Positions 26,280-35,047 of a stretch of DNA of 64,000 nt are shown here, one piece after another. This DNA is from an uncultured Bdellovibrionales bacterium. Lineage in GTDB: Bacteria > Bdellovibrionota_C > UBA2361 > CAIXSY01. Position numbers and translations under genes: made by a program. The notes beneath the pieces were generated by a model. The model had not been told where the DNA came from. It saw only the letters and a list, made by a program, of their open reading frames with translations, and did no database searches. Each line of letters opens with the position of its first letter. Position 1 is the stretch's first letter. Where the stretch lies: assembly GCA_964510065.1 (NCBI GenBank), contig CAZEAC010000020.1, positions 2,799 through 66,798 on the forward strand, in the 5' to 3' direction.

Positions 26280-27712
26280 GCCTTACCATCGCGAGCGCGA
26301 TCGCCGCGTTTTCTTTGCCCGCGCGCCGGTTCGCTCCTTAACTTTTTAAGTTTTCGCGAGGTCCAGTAGTTATCGAGATGTTGGGTCAGCGCCTGACGAA
26401 GCTCTCCTTGTAGCGCACTACTTTCAGCTTCGCCGATACGATTACTCATTTCATAAGGGTCCTGCTCTAAATCGTAAAATTCCGAAGTGTCGCCAAAATT
26501 CATCACATACTTGTACCGTCCAGTATGAATCGCAGCGAAGGGACTTCGCGCATTCGAAAGAAGAAAGCTCTCGATAAAGATATGCGACCGAGGTGCAATC
26601 TCATTTCGTAGCAAAGCTCCCATCGAAACGCCATCCATCGCCCCTACCGGCGTGACACCGCTTAAGTCATACACGGTAGCCGCGATATCCATATTCGCGA
26701 CAAGGCTTTCGACAAGTCGAGGCTCAGGCACAAGCGGCGGATAGCGTAAAGCACACGGTACCTTTATGACGGGTTCGTATACCGCATCTTTACTGGCCAT
26801 TAATCCAAATTCACCCCAGAAAAGACCGTTGTCAGAAATGAAAATAATCACCGTGGAGTCAAGGCGCTGCTGTTCCTCGAGTTTGGAGAGCACTCGCGCA
26901 ATTCCCTGATCGAGCGACCAGATCATTTCAAGCTGGCGCTCGCGCTTTAGATCAAGATCGCTAATTTCCTGCGCAGTCATGGGTTTTCGACGGCGCATCC
27001 ACAGCGGTTTACCCGCCTTTACAGAATCGTTAAAACTTGGAGGCCGGTACGGCTCGGAATTAGCCCAAAGCCCGGCAGCATCTGCCGAAGGGGTGAAAGG
27101 ATCATGCGGCGCGTTCGGGGCAAACCAAAGGACAAAGGGCTTCGGACTTGCGGCGGCCTGATCCAAGAACTCAACCGCGTAATCGGTCAGGACATCGGTC
27201 AAATAATCTTTATATTTGTGCCATTTGCCCTGAACATTGAGCCGCGCGTTCTCATATCGCGTGCCGCCTCCTTCGAATGCAACCCAAAAGTCATAACCGG
27301 GACGCTTTGAACCGTCCCAGGTATTTAAAAACTTTCCTACATGCCCAGTAAGATAACCGGCATCATGAAGGCTCTGAATCACCGTCTTCGATCGGAGCAG
27401 GTTATTATTCGTGAGCACGCCGTGCCGCGACGCATAGTTTCCGGTGAGCATGCTTGAGCGGCTTGGGCAGCAGGCCGGTGTTGTTACATAGGCCTTAGTA
27501 AAAGCCGCGCCCTGGTCAAAAATTCGTGACTGCGTAACCGGCATGTACGCCCCGATCGTCCCATCAGGCTGATCGTCACTTACGATAATAAGAAAGTTCG
27601 GCTTTGTCTGTGCCGCCGTGCTACTTGCCCGAATAACCATACTCGCGAGAACAACCGCGAAAAGGCGAAAATAAGAAGAGCACATGAGCGGACGGGAACC
27701 TCCCAAATACAA
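26261..27712 (-). CDS. secreted sulfatase (Cys-type formylglycine motif)
   Basis: Signal peptide. NFLIIVSDDQ and the sulfatase signature TPACCPSRSSMLTG (C-x-P-x-R). Confidence 0.9.
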   Translation of the reverse strand: MYLGGSRPLMCSSYFRLFAVVLASMVIRASSTAAQTKPNFLIIVSDDQPDGTIGAYMPVTQSRIFDQGAAFTKAYVTTPACCPSRSSMLTGNYASRHGVLTNNNLLRSKTVIQSLHDAGYLTGHVGKFLNTWDGSKRPGYDFWVAFEGGGTRYENARLNVQGKWHKYKDYLTDVLTDYAVEFLDQAAASPKPFVLWFAPNAPHDPFTPSADAAGLWANSEPYRPPSFNDSVKAGKPLWMRRRKPMTAQEISDLDLKRERQLEMIWSLDQGIARVLSKLEEQQRLDSTVIIFISDNGLFWGEFGLMASKDAVYEPVIKVPCALRYPPLVPEPRLVESLVANMDIAATVYDLSGVTPVGAMDGVSMGALLRNEIAPRSHIFIESFLLSNARSPFAAIHTGRYKYVMNFGDTSEFYDLEQDPYEMSNRIGEAESSALQGELRQALTQHLDNYWTSRKLKKLRSEPARGQRKRGDRARDGKAHNAAD

Positions 27713-27768
27713 CGAACTTTATGCTTGAGACTAAGAAAGTTGTGGGCTTCTGGCAAGCAGGTCTTACG

Positions 27769-29811
27769 TCATTCAAGGAGAGATAACTCGGCGATAGACC
27801 AGTCAAAAATCTTATCGGAGCCATCCTGCAACAGAGTTACTTTTCGGATCACTTGAGGCGCAAAACTGACCGTCACCACCGGCGAATCCTCTTCGAAATA
27901 GCGCGCGGTCCGCGCCGTCTCTTTGTCGATAAGGCTATGCTCTATTCCCCTGTCGTCCTCATAATTTATCCTCATTGCTCTTGGAAAATCGTGGATCCAT
28001 TTTCCGCAATCGAGACTGATCCCCCTTATCTTTCGTGGGTTGTCGAGAGAGACTTGGAACGCAAGACCTGGCTTCTGATGAACCCCACTACCCCAGCGGG
28101 TCGTGCGATCCCCGTCAATTGCAAGCCGAGCGTCATCGCTCTTCGTGCTCGCCGCAACCCGTAGGGCCTTCGGAGCAATGGCCTTAAGTCCCACTTCTTT
28201 CGGAGCAAGTTCGTACATCACTCGGTATCCGGAAATATCTTTTTCCTTAAAATGATATCCGAGTTTAATAAGCGCTTGGTGAACCAGCTTCCCCTGTCCT
28301 TGGGTAAGCACTAAAGGTACCCGTCCGGCCGGGATCTCGGCGCCTTCTGTCTCGTATTCTGGAATTCGCACTTCAAAGGGCGCTCGTGACAGCATAAACC
28401 GAACTGTCTCCCGAGATTCAAAGGCAAGGCGATAGCCTATCCAATAATTCGCGCGAACGAACTCATAATTATTGCGAGCAAGCCACTCAAGCAGCTCTCC
28501 ATGGTCTTTCGAGACTCTTTCATGGCCAAAAATCAATGGCTGGTTTTGCAGCGCGCGTCCGCCAAAATAACAGGAGCAAACATTAATACCAAGGAGCACG
28601 ATAGCCAGGGCACCCGCGCGGGCGCGAGATCTCATAGCGACACCGCTTATCACGACACTACTAAGGATTGCGAAGGCGGGATAGAGCGGCAATAGATAGC
28701 GCGGTGCTTCGAAAAGAAATCCGAAGTGACTCACGGAAAAGAGCCCTATGGCCAGTACGAAAAAGATTGCCAGGACTTCAACCGGCCTATCTCTATCCAG
28801 CCGCAAACAAAAAAGCGCGCGCACCTGCGGAAATCGCTGGCGAAGAAAAAGTAGGGCAATGAGAAGATAGAAGTAGCACACCAGAAGAGTTGCGCCGGGA
28901 TAGAGATCTGCGGCGCTCCAAAACCTCCGTGCACCCAAGAGGATTGGCAGCGCGGCGGAAAAAACTCCGACAAAGTGCGCGCCAACCAGGCCCACGCTTG
29001 CCGACTTAAACATCGCGAACGAGGCAAAATCATGTTGAAAATTGTAGATCCAAAATGGCAGCCCTCCAGCGAAGAACGCAATGCCGAGCACTGTCATCAG
29101 CATCATCGCGGCTTTACTTTTTTGTCGCCAGTCCAACACGGGCTCGGCAACTACCCGCGCACACACAACAAAAAACATTGGAAGTGCAAAGTAGAGAATC
29201 TGCGAATTCACCCACCACCCCACGCCGATCGCGAGGCCACAAGGGATAATCCCGACAAAAGAAAGCTTCTGCGATTGCAACCATTCAACTAGAAAGATAA
29301 ATGAGAGAACCCCAATACAAATAATCTCGATAAAACCGCCGCGCGCCATTCCGCTCCATAAAACTAGCGGTGAAGCCGGGACTGCGATGAAGAGCGCAGC
29401 CATTAGCGCTGCCGATTCAGAAGAAAGAAGTCGCGCTAACCGGTATACAAGAACAATGAGCACGAGCGAAAACAGAAACGGCACAAGTTTAAGCACGGCA
29501 GCGGAAACTCCAAACAGCATGAAGCCTAGGGCCACAAGCATTGGCTCAAGGCTGCCCATATAATGCTGTCCGTAATAGAAGATCGGGGGCTCGCGACCTT
29601 CAACGATATGCTTCGCCATTAGCCCGACGATTGCCTCGTCCGAATCTATTCCAAAGTTGCCTGCAAGCAGAAAATCGAGGCGTAGTGCAGCGCCAAGCAC
29701 AACAATTATAATAAGGACCAGATAGGTCTTTGTTCTTGTCATTCCGGGGAGAGAGGCTATCATTTCCAGAGCAAAAATGAATCGGAGGAGCGCCGAGGTT
29801 AAATCGGGCAT
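27769..29811 (-). CDS. membrane glycosyltransferase (GT39/ArnT-PMT-like) fused to a C-terminal F5/8 type C (discoidin) domain
   Basis: About 12 TM segments with the first-loop motif GIDSDEAIVGLMAKHI. The C-terminus has RLAIDGDRTTRWGSG...GISLDCG, typical of discoidin domains. Confidence 0.75.
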   Translation of the reverse strand: MPDLTSALLRFIFALEMIASLPGMTRTKTYLVLIIIVVLGAALRLDFLLAGNFGIDSDEAIVGLMAKHIVEGREPPIFYYGQHYMGSLEPMLVALGFMLFGVSAAVLKLVPFLFSLVLIVLVYRLARLLSSESAALMAALFIAVPASPLVLWSGMARGGFIEIICIGVLSFIFLVEWLQSQKLSFVGIIPCGLAIGVGWWVNSQILYFALPMFFVVCARVVAEPVLDWRQKSKAAMMLMTVLGIAFFAGGLPFWIYNFQHDFASFAMFKSASVGLVGAHFVGVFSAALPILLGARRFWSAADLYPGATLLVCYFYLLIALLFLRQRFPQVRALFCLRLDRDRPVEVLAIFFVLAIGLFSVSHFGFLFEAPRYLLPLYPAFAILSSVVISGVAMRSRARAGALAIVLLGINVCSCYFGGRALQNQPLIFGHERVSKDHGELLEWLARNNYEFVRANYWIGYRLAFESRETVRFMLSRAPFEVRIPEYETEGAEIPAGRVPLVLTQGQGKLVHQALIKLGYHFKEKDISGYRVMYELAPKEVGLKAIAPKALRVAASTKSDDARLAIDGDRTTRWGSGVHQKPGLAFQVSLDNPRKIRGISLDCGKWIHDFPRAMRINYEDDRGIEHSLIDKETARTARYFEEDSPVVTVSFAPQVIRKVTLLQDGSDKIFDWSIAELSLLE

Positions 29812-29921
29812 GCTAAAAGTCCGCTGTAATTTCAGATACTTATTTTAGCGTTGGGTTATTGAGTCGCTAGTGCATTCTATCGATAAATCTGAGTAACGCC
29901 GTTTCCAACTAAAGGGGAGTT

Positions 29922-30653
29922 ATGCCAGTACTTATGGCACTAAGTGCAGTCTTTAAAGGCTGGATGCTCATCGATGCAATCCGCCGCGGCGGCTGCTGCA
30001 ACAACTACTGGTACATGGTCATTGTTTTTGTGCCGTTCGGCGAATGGGCCTACTTCCTAATGGTAAAAAGCCACGATCCAGAGTTCGCGAAATTTCGGCA
30101 AAATATTTTCTCCCGGCCACCTTCTCTGGATCAATTTCGCGCTCAACTTATACATAGTCCGAATGCGCACAACAAAAGTCAGCTCGCGTGGGCACTATTT
30201 GCGCGAGATCAGTACACCGAGTCGAGAGATCTCTTCAAAGAGCTTTGCTGCGCTGATCAGTCGGACAAGCAGACACGGCTGGGACTAGGCTTCTGCGAGT
30301 CACAGCTCGGAAACTTTGACTCGGCGAAGGCGCACCTTGAAGCATTGGTCGGCGCAGATTTCGGCTACAAAGACTATTCCGCCGCGAGCGAACTTGCCGA
30401 AGTTTATTGGAGAAGCGGCGAAAAAGAACATGCCGTCGAACTTCTCGGCAAACTTGTTCAAAGCGGAAAACGGCTCGCGCATAAAGTCGAGCTTGCAAAG
30501 CGGCTTTATGAGCTCGATAAAATAAGTGACGCCAGAAAGCTGCTCGTCGAGGGGCTTGAAGAGTACAAGCACTCCCCCAAATTCGTGCGCCGGATAGAGA
30601 AGATTCCAGCGAAAGAGGCCTCTTACCTTCTTCGCCAGTTCAAAAACCCGTGA
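29922..30653 (+). CDS. membrane-anchored TPR-repeat protein
   Basis: Two N-terminal hydrophobic segments, then TPR-like helical repeats (AWALFARDQYTESRDLFKEL, LGLGFCESQLGNFDSAKAHLEAL). Confidence 0.6.
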   Translation: MPVLMALSAVFKGWMLIDAIRRGGCCNNYWYMVIVFVPFGEWAYFLMVKSHDPEFAKFRQNIFSRPPSLDQFRAQLIHSPNAHNKSQLAWALFARDQYTESRDLFKELCCADQSDKQTRLGLGFCESQLGNFDSAKAHLEALVGADFGYKDYSAASELAEVYWRSGEKEHAVELLGKLVQSGKRLAHKVELAKRLYELDKISDARKLLVEGLEEYKHSPKFVRRIEKIPAKEASYLLRQFKNP

Positions 30654-30710
30654 CGGTCCCACATGTCCCTACTTTCAGAAAGTAGGGACATGTGGGACCG
30701 TCACGGGTTT
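30644..30710. terminator. 67-nt perfect palindrome, probable bidirectional intrinsic terminator
   Basis: Perfect 32-bp stem (30644-30675 pairs with 30679-30710) with a CAG loop. An A-run lies on the left and a T-run on the right. It overlaps the stop codons of both convergent genes. Confidence 0.75.
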
Positions 30711-31735
30711 TATTGAGTAAGCCAGAATAAATTCCAGCCTGCACTTAATAGCCAAAGCAACACGCCAAGGAGAAAGGGGCGATAGCCAAGATGGCGCAGG
30801 ATCTTCAAATCAACTGATGCACCGCTTAGAAAAATACCGAGAATAAATCCACGTTTCGCAACCAGAGTGATCGCTTGTTGAAGTTCGGGTACTGCAGGAA
30901 GAATCGTGCTTATAGTTGCGGCCACCAGGTAACCCCAGATAAACCAAGGAAGGCGCAGCGCAGCACGAAAGTCTTTACTGCCAAATTGCACGGCAAAGAA
31001 AGCAGTAATGGGTGCAATCCAAATGGCCCGCGCGAGCTTCACAGTAGTCGCCATATCAATCGGAGCTCCAACATAACCAAGCGCGGCTCCAACGACCGAA
31101 CTGGTGTCGTGGATGGCTAAGCCGGCCCACGCGGCAAACTGTACCCCACTAAGCTGAAGCTGCTGACCGAACCAGGGGAAGGAAACAAGCGCAAAGGCAT
31201 TGAGAATCAGTACGGTGCCCAGTGCCATTGTTATTTTTTCAGCACTCGCTTTTGTAGCTGCCCCCACAGCGGCTATTGCGCTAGCTCCGCAGATGGCCGT
31301 CCCCGAACCAATAAGCGCCGCTAACAACGCGTCAACACGCAACGTCCGGCCAAGGTACCAGCCCACGCTTAGCACTAGTACGATTGCCGAGATGGTCAGC
31401 CAGAAATAGGCGCGCGTAATCGTGCCCACGGCCGTTATTGAGATAGTAAATCCATAGGCAATAATCGCCAGGGCCAACATGGTGCGCGCAGTTCGATGAA
31501 CTTTCTCGTACATATTCGGACTTCGGGCAAGAAGCGAGAGTGCAAAACCCGTGAGAAGTGCCAATCCTGCGTTGCTGGGGAAAATGATAAAAAGCAGCCC
31601 GACAATAACGAGCGCGAGATTATAACGGGAAGTTAAAAAGGCAATTATATTGCCAATATGTCGCTTCGCCATAAATTTACAATATATTTGCCGCGCACCA
31701 ATGTCGATGGCATCAAACTCAATCAGACCATCCAA
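30710..31735 (-). CDS. UPF0324/YeiH-family inner-membrane protein
   Basis: About 10 TM segments. GSGTAICGASAIAA matches the conserved YeiH-family motif. Confidence 0.7.
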   Translation of the reverse strand: MDGLIEFDAIDIGARQIYCKFMAKRHIGNIIAFLTSRYNLALVIVGLLFIIFPSNAGLALLTGFALSLLARSPNMYEKVHRTARTMLALAIIAYGFTISITAVGTITRAYFWLTISAIVLVLSVGWYLGRTLRVDALLAALIGSGTAICGASAIAAVGAATKASAEKITMALGTVLILNAFALVSFPWFGQQLQLSGVQFAAWAGLAIHDTSSVVGAALGYVGAPIDMATTVKLARAIWIAPITAFFAVQFGSKDFRAALRLPWFIWGYLVAATISTILPAVPELQQAITLVAKRGFILGIFLSGASVDLKILRHLGYRPFLLGVLLWLLSAGWNLFWLTQ

Positions 31736-31928
31736 GCTCCCATTAATTGGGACACCGACCTGCCTCGCCCAGCGCGAACTTTAAAATCAGCTATACAAAT
31801 CGGGGGGTTGCGCCGTGCCGACATAGCACATGTAAACAGCTAGGCGGACATTTATGGCACCTGCTTTTACTAAGCCAAACAAATCAGGCAAAATTAGATT
31901 GTAGTTCTCGCATTTGGTGGTAGTAGTT

Positions 31929-32714
31929 ATGCATCAAAAGCTTCAAAGATCTGATTTAAGCGATCGTTATTCGCAGGCCCGTATCCTCGTCTCCGAGGAG
32001 ATGTACGGCCAAGGGTATCAATCCAGTGGTGGTATTGAGCTCGCGCGAGAGCTTCTTCCTAAACTTGGACTAACGCCAGGGAAACGGCTCCTTGACGTGG
32101 GATGCGGTACAGGCGGAACAACACTTCTCGCCGCACGTGAGTTCGGCCTCCACGTGACTGCGGTTGATAGGGCGACTGATAATATTATGCTCTGCCTCGA
32201 GCGGGCATCAAAAGCCGGGCTCAATGGAAAGATCGATCTTCTCCTGAACGATGCGGGAAGCTATCGATTCAAACCGACCCATGACGGTCTTTGGTGCTGT
32301 GATGCATTAATGTACGTATCGGACAAGGTAGGACTATTCAAAAATATCGCGCAAGGTTTGGTGCAAGGTGCACGCGCAATAATTTTGGACTATGGATCGG
32401 GGCGCGGTCAGGTCGATAGGGAATTTGCAGAGTATGTGAGCTCCGCCGGCTATCATCTGCCACGAATTCGCGAATATGAACAGATGCTTGAAGGTGGTGG
32501 TTTCGCCTGCCTCGAAGCCGTTGACTATACCGACAGGTTCGTGAAGATGATGCGAGATGAGCTGGTCGCTCTCCAGACCCATAAGAAATCTTTCGTAGAG
32601 AAGCATGATGAAACACAATTTAATCATTTTGTGGAGCGATGGGAGCGCAAGATCCGTTTTTGCGATCAAGATCTGATGCGCGCCTTCTACTTTATCGCGG
32701 AGAAACGTTCGTGA
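31929..32714 (+). CDS. class I SAM-dependent methyltransferase (PEAMT/N-methyltransferase-like)
   Basis: YGQGYQSSGGIELAREL...LLDVGCGTGGTTLLAARE. Start set at ATG 31929; the track uses TTG 31914. Confidence 0.8.
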   Translation: MHQKLQRSDLSDRYSQARILVSEEMYGQGYQSSGGIELARELLPKLGLTPGKRLLDVGCGTGGTTLLAAREFGLHVTAVDRATDNIMLCLERASKAGLNGKIDLLLNDAGSYRFKPTHDGLWCCDALMYVSDKVGLFKNIAQGLVQGARAIILDYGSGRGQVDREFAEYVSSAGYHLPRIREYEQMLEGGGFACLEAVDYTDRFVKMMRDELVALQTHKKSFVEKHDETQFNHFVERWERKIRFCDQDLMRAFYFIAEKRS

Positions 32715-33697
32715 GCACGGCTTGCACCGCAAGCGATTCCGCAACATGGGCCTGGCGCTACCCATTAGATCCCGACAAAGCGATTAAGACCTTAGGCCGG
32801 GACACGCTTTTACAAATTCGAGATTTTCTGATCAGCTCCGGATACACAGGACCTCTTCAGTCATATCGCGATGTCGCAAATATCCGTCTACGTGCGAAGG
32901 ATCTTCCGAGATTGTCGGCGGAACTATCAGCGCATATTACAACGGTACTGCCGCGCTGGGGATTCCTAGTTCTGCGGCCGCCCTCGGAGCTTCTAAGCTT
33001 TGATCACGCGCTTGCGCTTTCATGGTTCGCCGGAACTATCTTGGGTGAGCTTCTCGCGCAAAATGATCTGGGGGACAAACTTTATCTTGTCGCCGATCGC
33101 GGTGGACGGATGGAAGAAGGCGCGCGGTACTCGCAGACAAAGCAAGGTGGGCACTTTCACACCGACGGCGTAAATCTCTCCTCAGGACTGCGGTATTTCT
33201 TGCTTCATGCGGTTGCATGCGCAGAAAAGGGCGGAGAAAGCATTTTACTCGATGGACTTACCGTCTATGAGGAACTTTCTAAACGTTTTCCCGAAAAACT
33301 TTCGATTTTGGAGTCTGAGTTTGTGTGGGAGTTTAAGGGCGTACGGCCCGGTGAGTTTTATCGAAAGCCGATTGTCCAGAAAAACGCCCGCGGCATCGAG
33401 TGGTGTTACCTACGACCGTATGTCGAAGAGGGCGCAAAGAAGTTTGGTGCGCCTCTCGATCGAGCTCAACTTGAAGCGCTTGACGCGCTTGATAGTGTTC
33501 TCAACGACCCAACGCTGCATGGTCGCTTCCATTTAAAAGCCGGTGACATCCTGATTGTCGATGACCGGCGACTCTTTCACGGGAGAACTGAATTCGAGGA
33601 TCATGTCGATGCAGTCGAGCTTGATCTATACCTTCAGTCACCGCGGAGCTCCACGCAACACATCAAAAGAAGCTACCTTCGACTTTGGGTCGCGTAG
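32711..33697 (+). CDS. Fe(II)/2-oxoglutarate dioxygenase, TauD/TfdA family
   Basis: HFHTDGV (His-x-Asp) and the distal LFHGRTEF (His, Arg). GTG 32711 overlaps the upstream stop (GTGA). The track ORF begins at 32639 inside the upstream gene. Confidence 0.75.
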   Translation: MSTACTASDSATWAWRYPLDPDKAIKTLGRDTLLQIRDFLISSGYTGPLQSYRDVANIRLRAKDLPRLSAELSAHITTVLPRWGFLVLRPPSELLSFDHALALSWFAGTILGELLAQNDLGDKLYLVADRGGRMEEGARYSQTKQGGHFHTDGVNLSSGLRYFLLHAVACAEKGGESILLDGLTVYEELSKRFPEKLSILESEFVWEFKGVRPGEFYRKPIVQKNARGIEWCYLRPYVEEGAKKFGAPLDRAQLEALDALDSVLNDPTLHGRFHLKAGDILIVDDRRLFHGRTEFEDHVDAVELDLYLQSPRSSTQHIKRSYLRLWVA

Positions 33698-34107
33698 TAC
33701 GCAAAGAGACCTCGACTCAATAAACCGGAGGAGACACTAGCAAAATTCAAAAGGCCAATTTGGATTGCAAACATTTGCTCAAGTAGAACTAAATATTTGA
33801 CCTAATCTCCACCCCGCGATTAGAACCTCACTAAGGGCGTAATCCAAGCTGCATCATAACTTTCTCCGCTCGGGCTTCAAGACGAGAGAGGTCAGGTGCA
33901 AGATCAGTGCGCAAATGGCCACCTCCTTTAGTCGGTCATTGAATAGATTGAAATTTGTGAGTAGAATCTAAAAGGAAGCCATCACCGAGACCGTGCCAAG
34001 CATGTCTCGGCAAGTGGGAGAAGTTGATGTCAGACACGAGCGAAAGCGACAGGCTTCCTCGCACCTTTCACGCCGCTATCCTCGATGCGTATCAAGAATA
34101 ATCTGCC

Positions 34108-34878
34108 GTGGCACTAGAACCTACATCGACTTCAATTGCCGATCGCGTCGGAATTGAGATCCATAGCGGCAATCCTCGGGAAGGCCCGGGAGACGTTGCA
34201 TCGACTCGTCGTGCTTTTTCTTTAGTAAAGAATCTTCCAACTTCGCCACGCATTCTCGATGTAGGTTGCGGACCTGGTCAGCAGTCAATCGAGTTGGCAA
34301 AGCTCTCTCAGGGTGTTGTAAGTGCTCTCGATATTCATGCCCCATTTCTCAAAGAATTGGCGGCTCGCGCTCACAAGGAGGCGCTCAACGGCAAAATAAT
34401 ACCGATTCATGGCTCAATGAGCTCAATTACGTTACCCGATGCGAGCTTTGAACTACTATGGTCCGAAGGAGCCATTTACATTATTGGATTTGAAGCGGGC
34501 CTAAAACAATGGCGCCGCCTTCTTGTAAAAGATGGCTGGCTCGTTGCCAGCCATCTTTCTTGGCTCAAAGAAGAAATTCCGACATCTCCCAGAACTTTCT
34601 GGAACAAGAACTACCCCGCCATCTCGTCGGTAAAAAACAATCTCCTCATTGCAGAGGCTCAGGGGTATACAAACGAGGCACACTTTACTCTCCCCGAGGA
34701 TGGATGGTGGCGTGAATATTACAATCCGATAAGTGAAAAGCTAGAATCACTGCGGAAAAAATATTATGGCATCCAAGAAGCTGAACGCAGAATTGCAGAC
34801 ATGCAAGAAGAGATTGATCTATATAGGGAGTACTCTGACTGCTACGGTTACGTTTTCTATATCATGAGAAAAAAGTAA
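34108..34878 (+). CDS. class I SAM-dependent methyltransferase
   Basis: Motif I ILDVGCGPGQQSIELAK and post-I ALDIH. GTG start. Confidence 0.8.
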   Translation: MALEPTSTSIADRVGIEIHSGNPREGPGDVASTRRAFSLVKNLPTSPRILDVGCGPGQQSIELAKLSQGVVSALDIHAPFLKELAARAHKEALNGKIIPIHGSMSSITLPDASFELLWSEGAIYIIGFEAGLKQWRRLLVKDGWLVASHLSWLKEEIPTSPRTFWNKNYPAISSVKNNLLIAEAQGYTNEAHFTLPEDGWWREYYNPISEKLESLRKKYYGIQEAERRIADMQEEIDLYREYSDCYGYVFYIMRKK

Positions 34879-35047
34879 GCCCGCGAGTCAGCTCATCGAA
34901 GCAGCCAAAATTGAATGACTTCCTTCGCCTCTCCGCTTTCTACTGCAGTTTCCACCACGATTGATAATTACCACTGCTCAAGTTGGACGGCACGCTAGGA
35001 GCCTGCGCCACGGAGGCGTGGCACACACTCCAAGCCGCTAAATGGCG

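Noticed and set aside
33698-34107. A SAM or other riboswitch in the 410-bp gap upstream of a methyltransferase gene.
   Set aside because: I could not find the conserved SAM-I core, a B12 box, or a convincing multi-stem junction. Only short local palindromes are present. It needs an Rfam scan and is not reportable as a feature.
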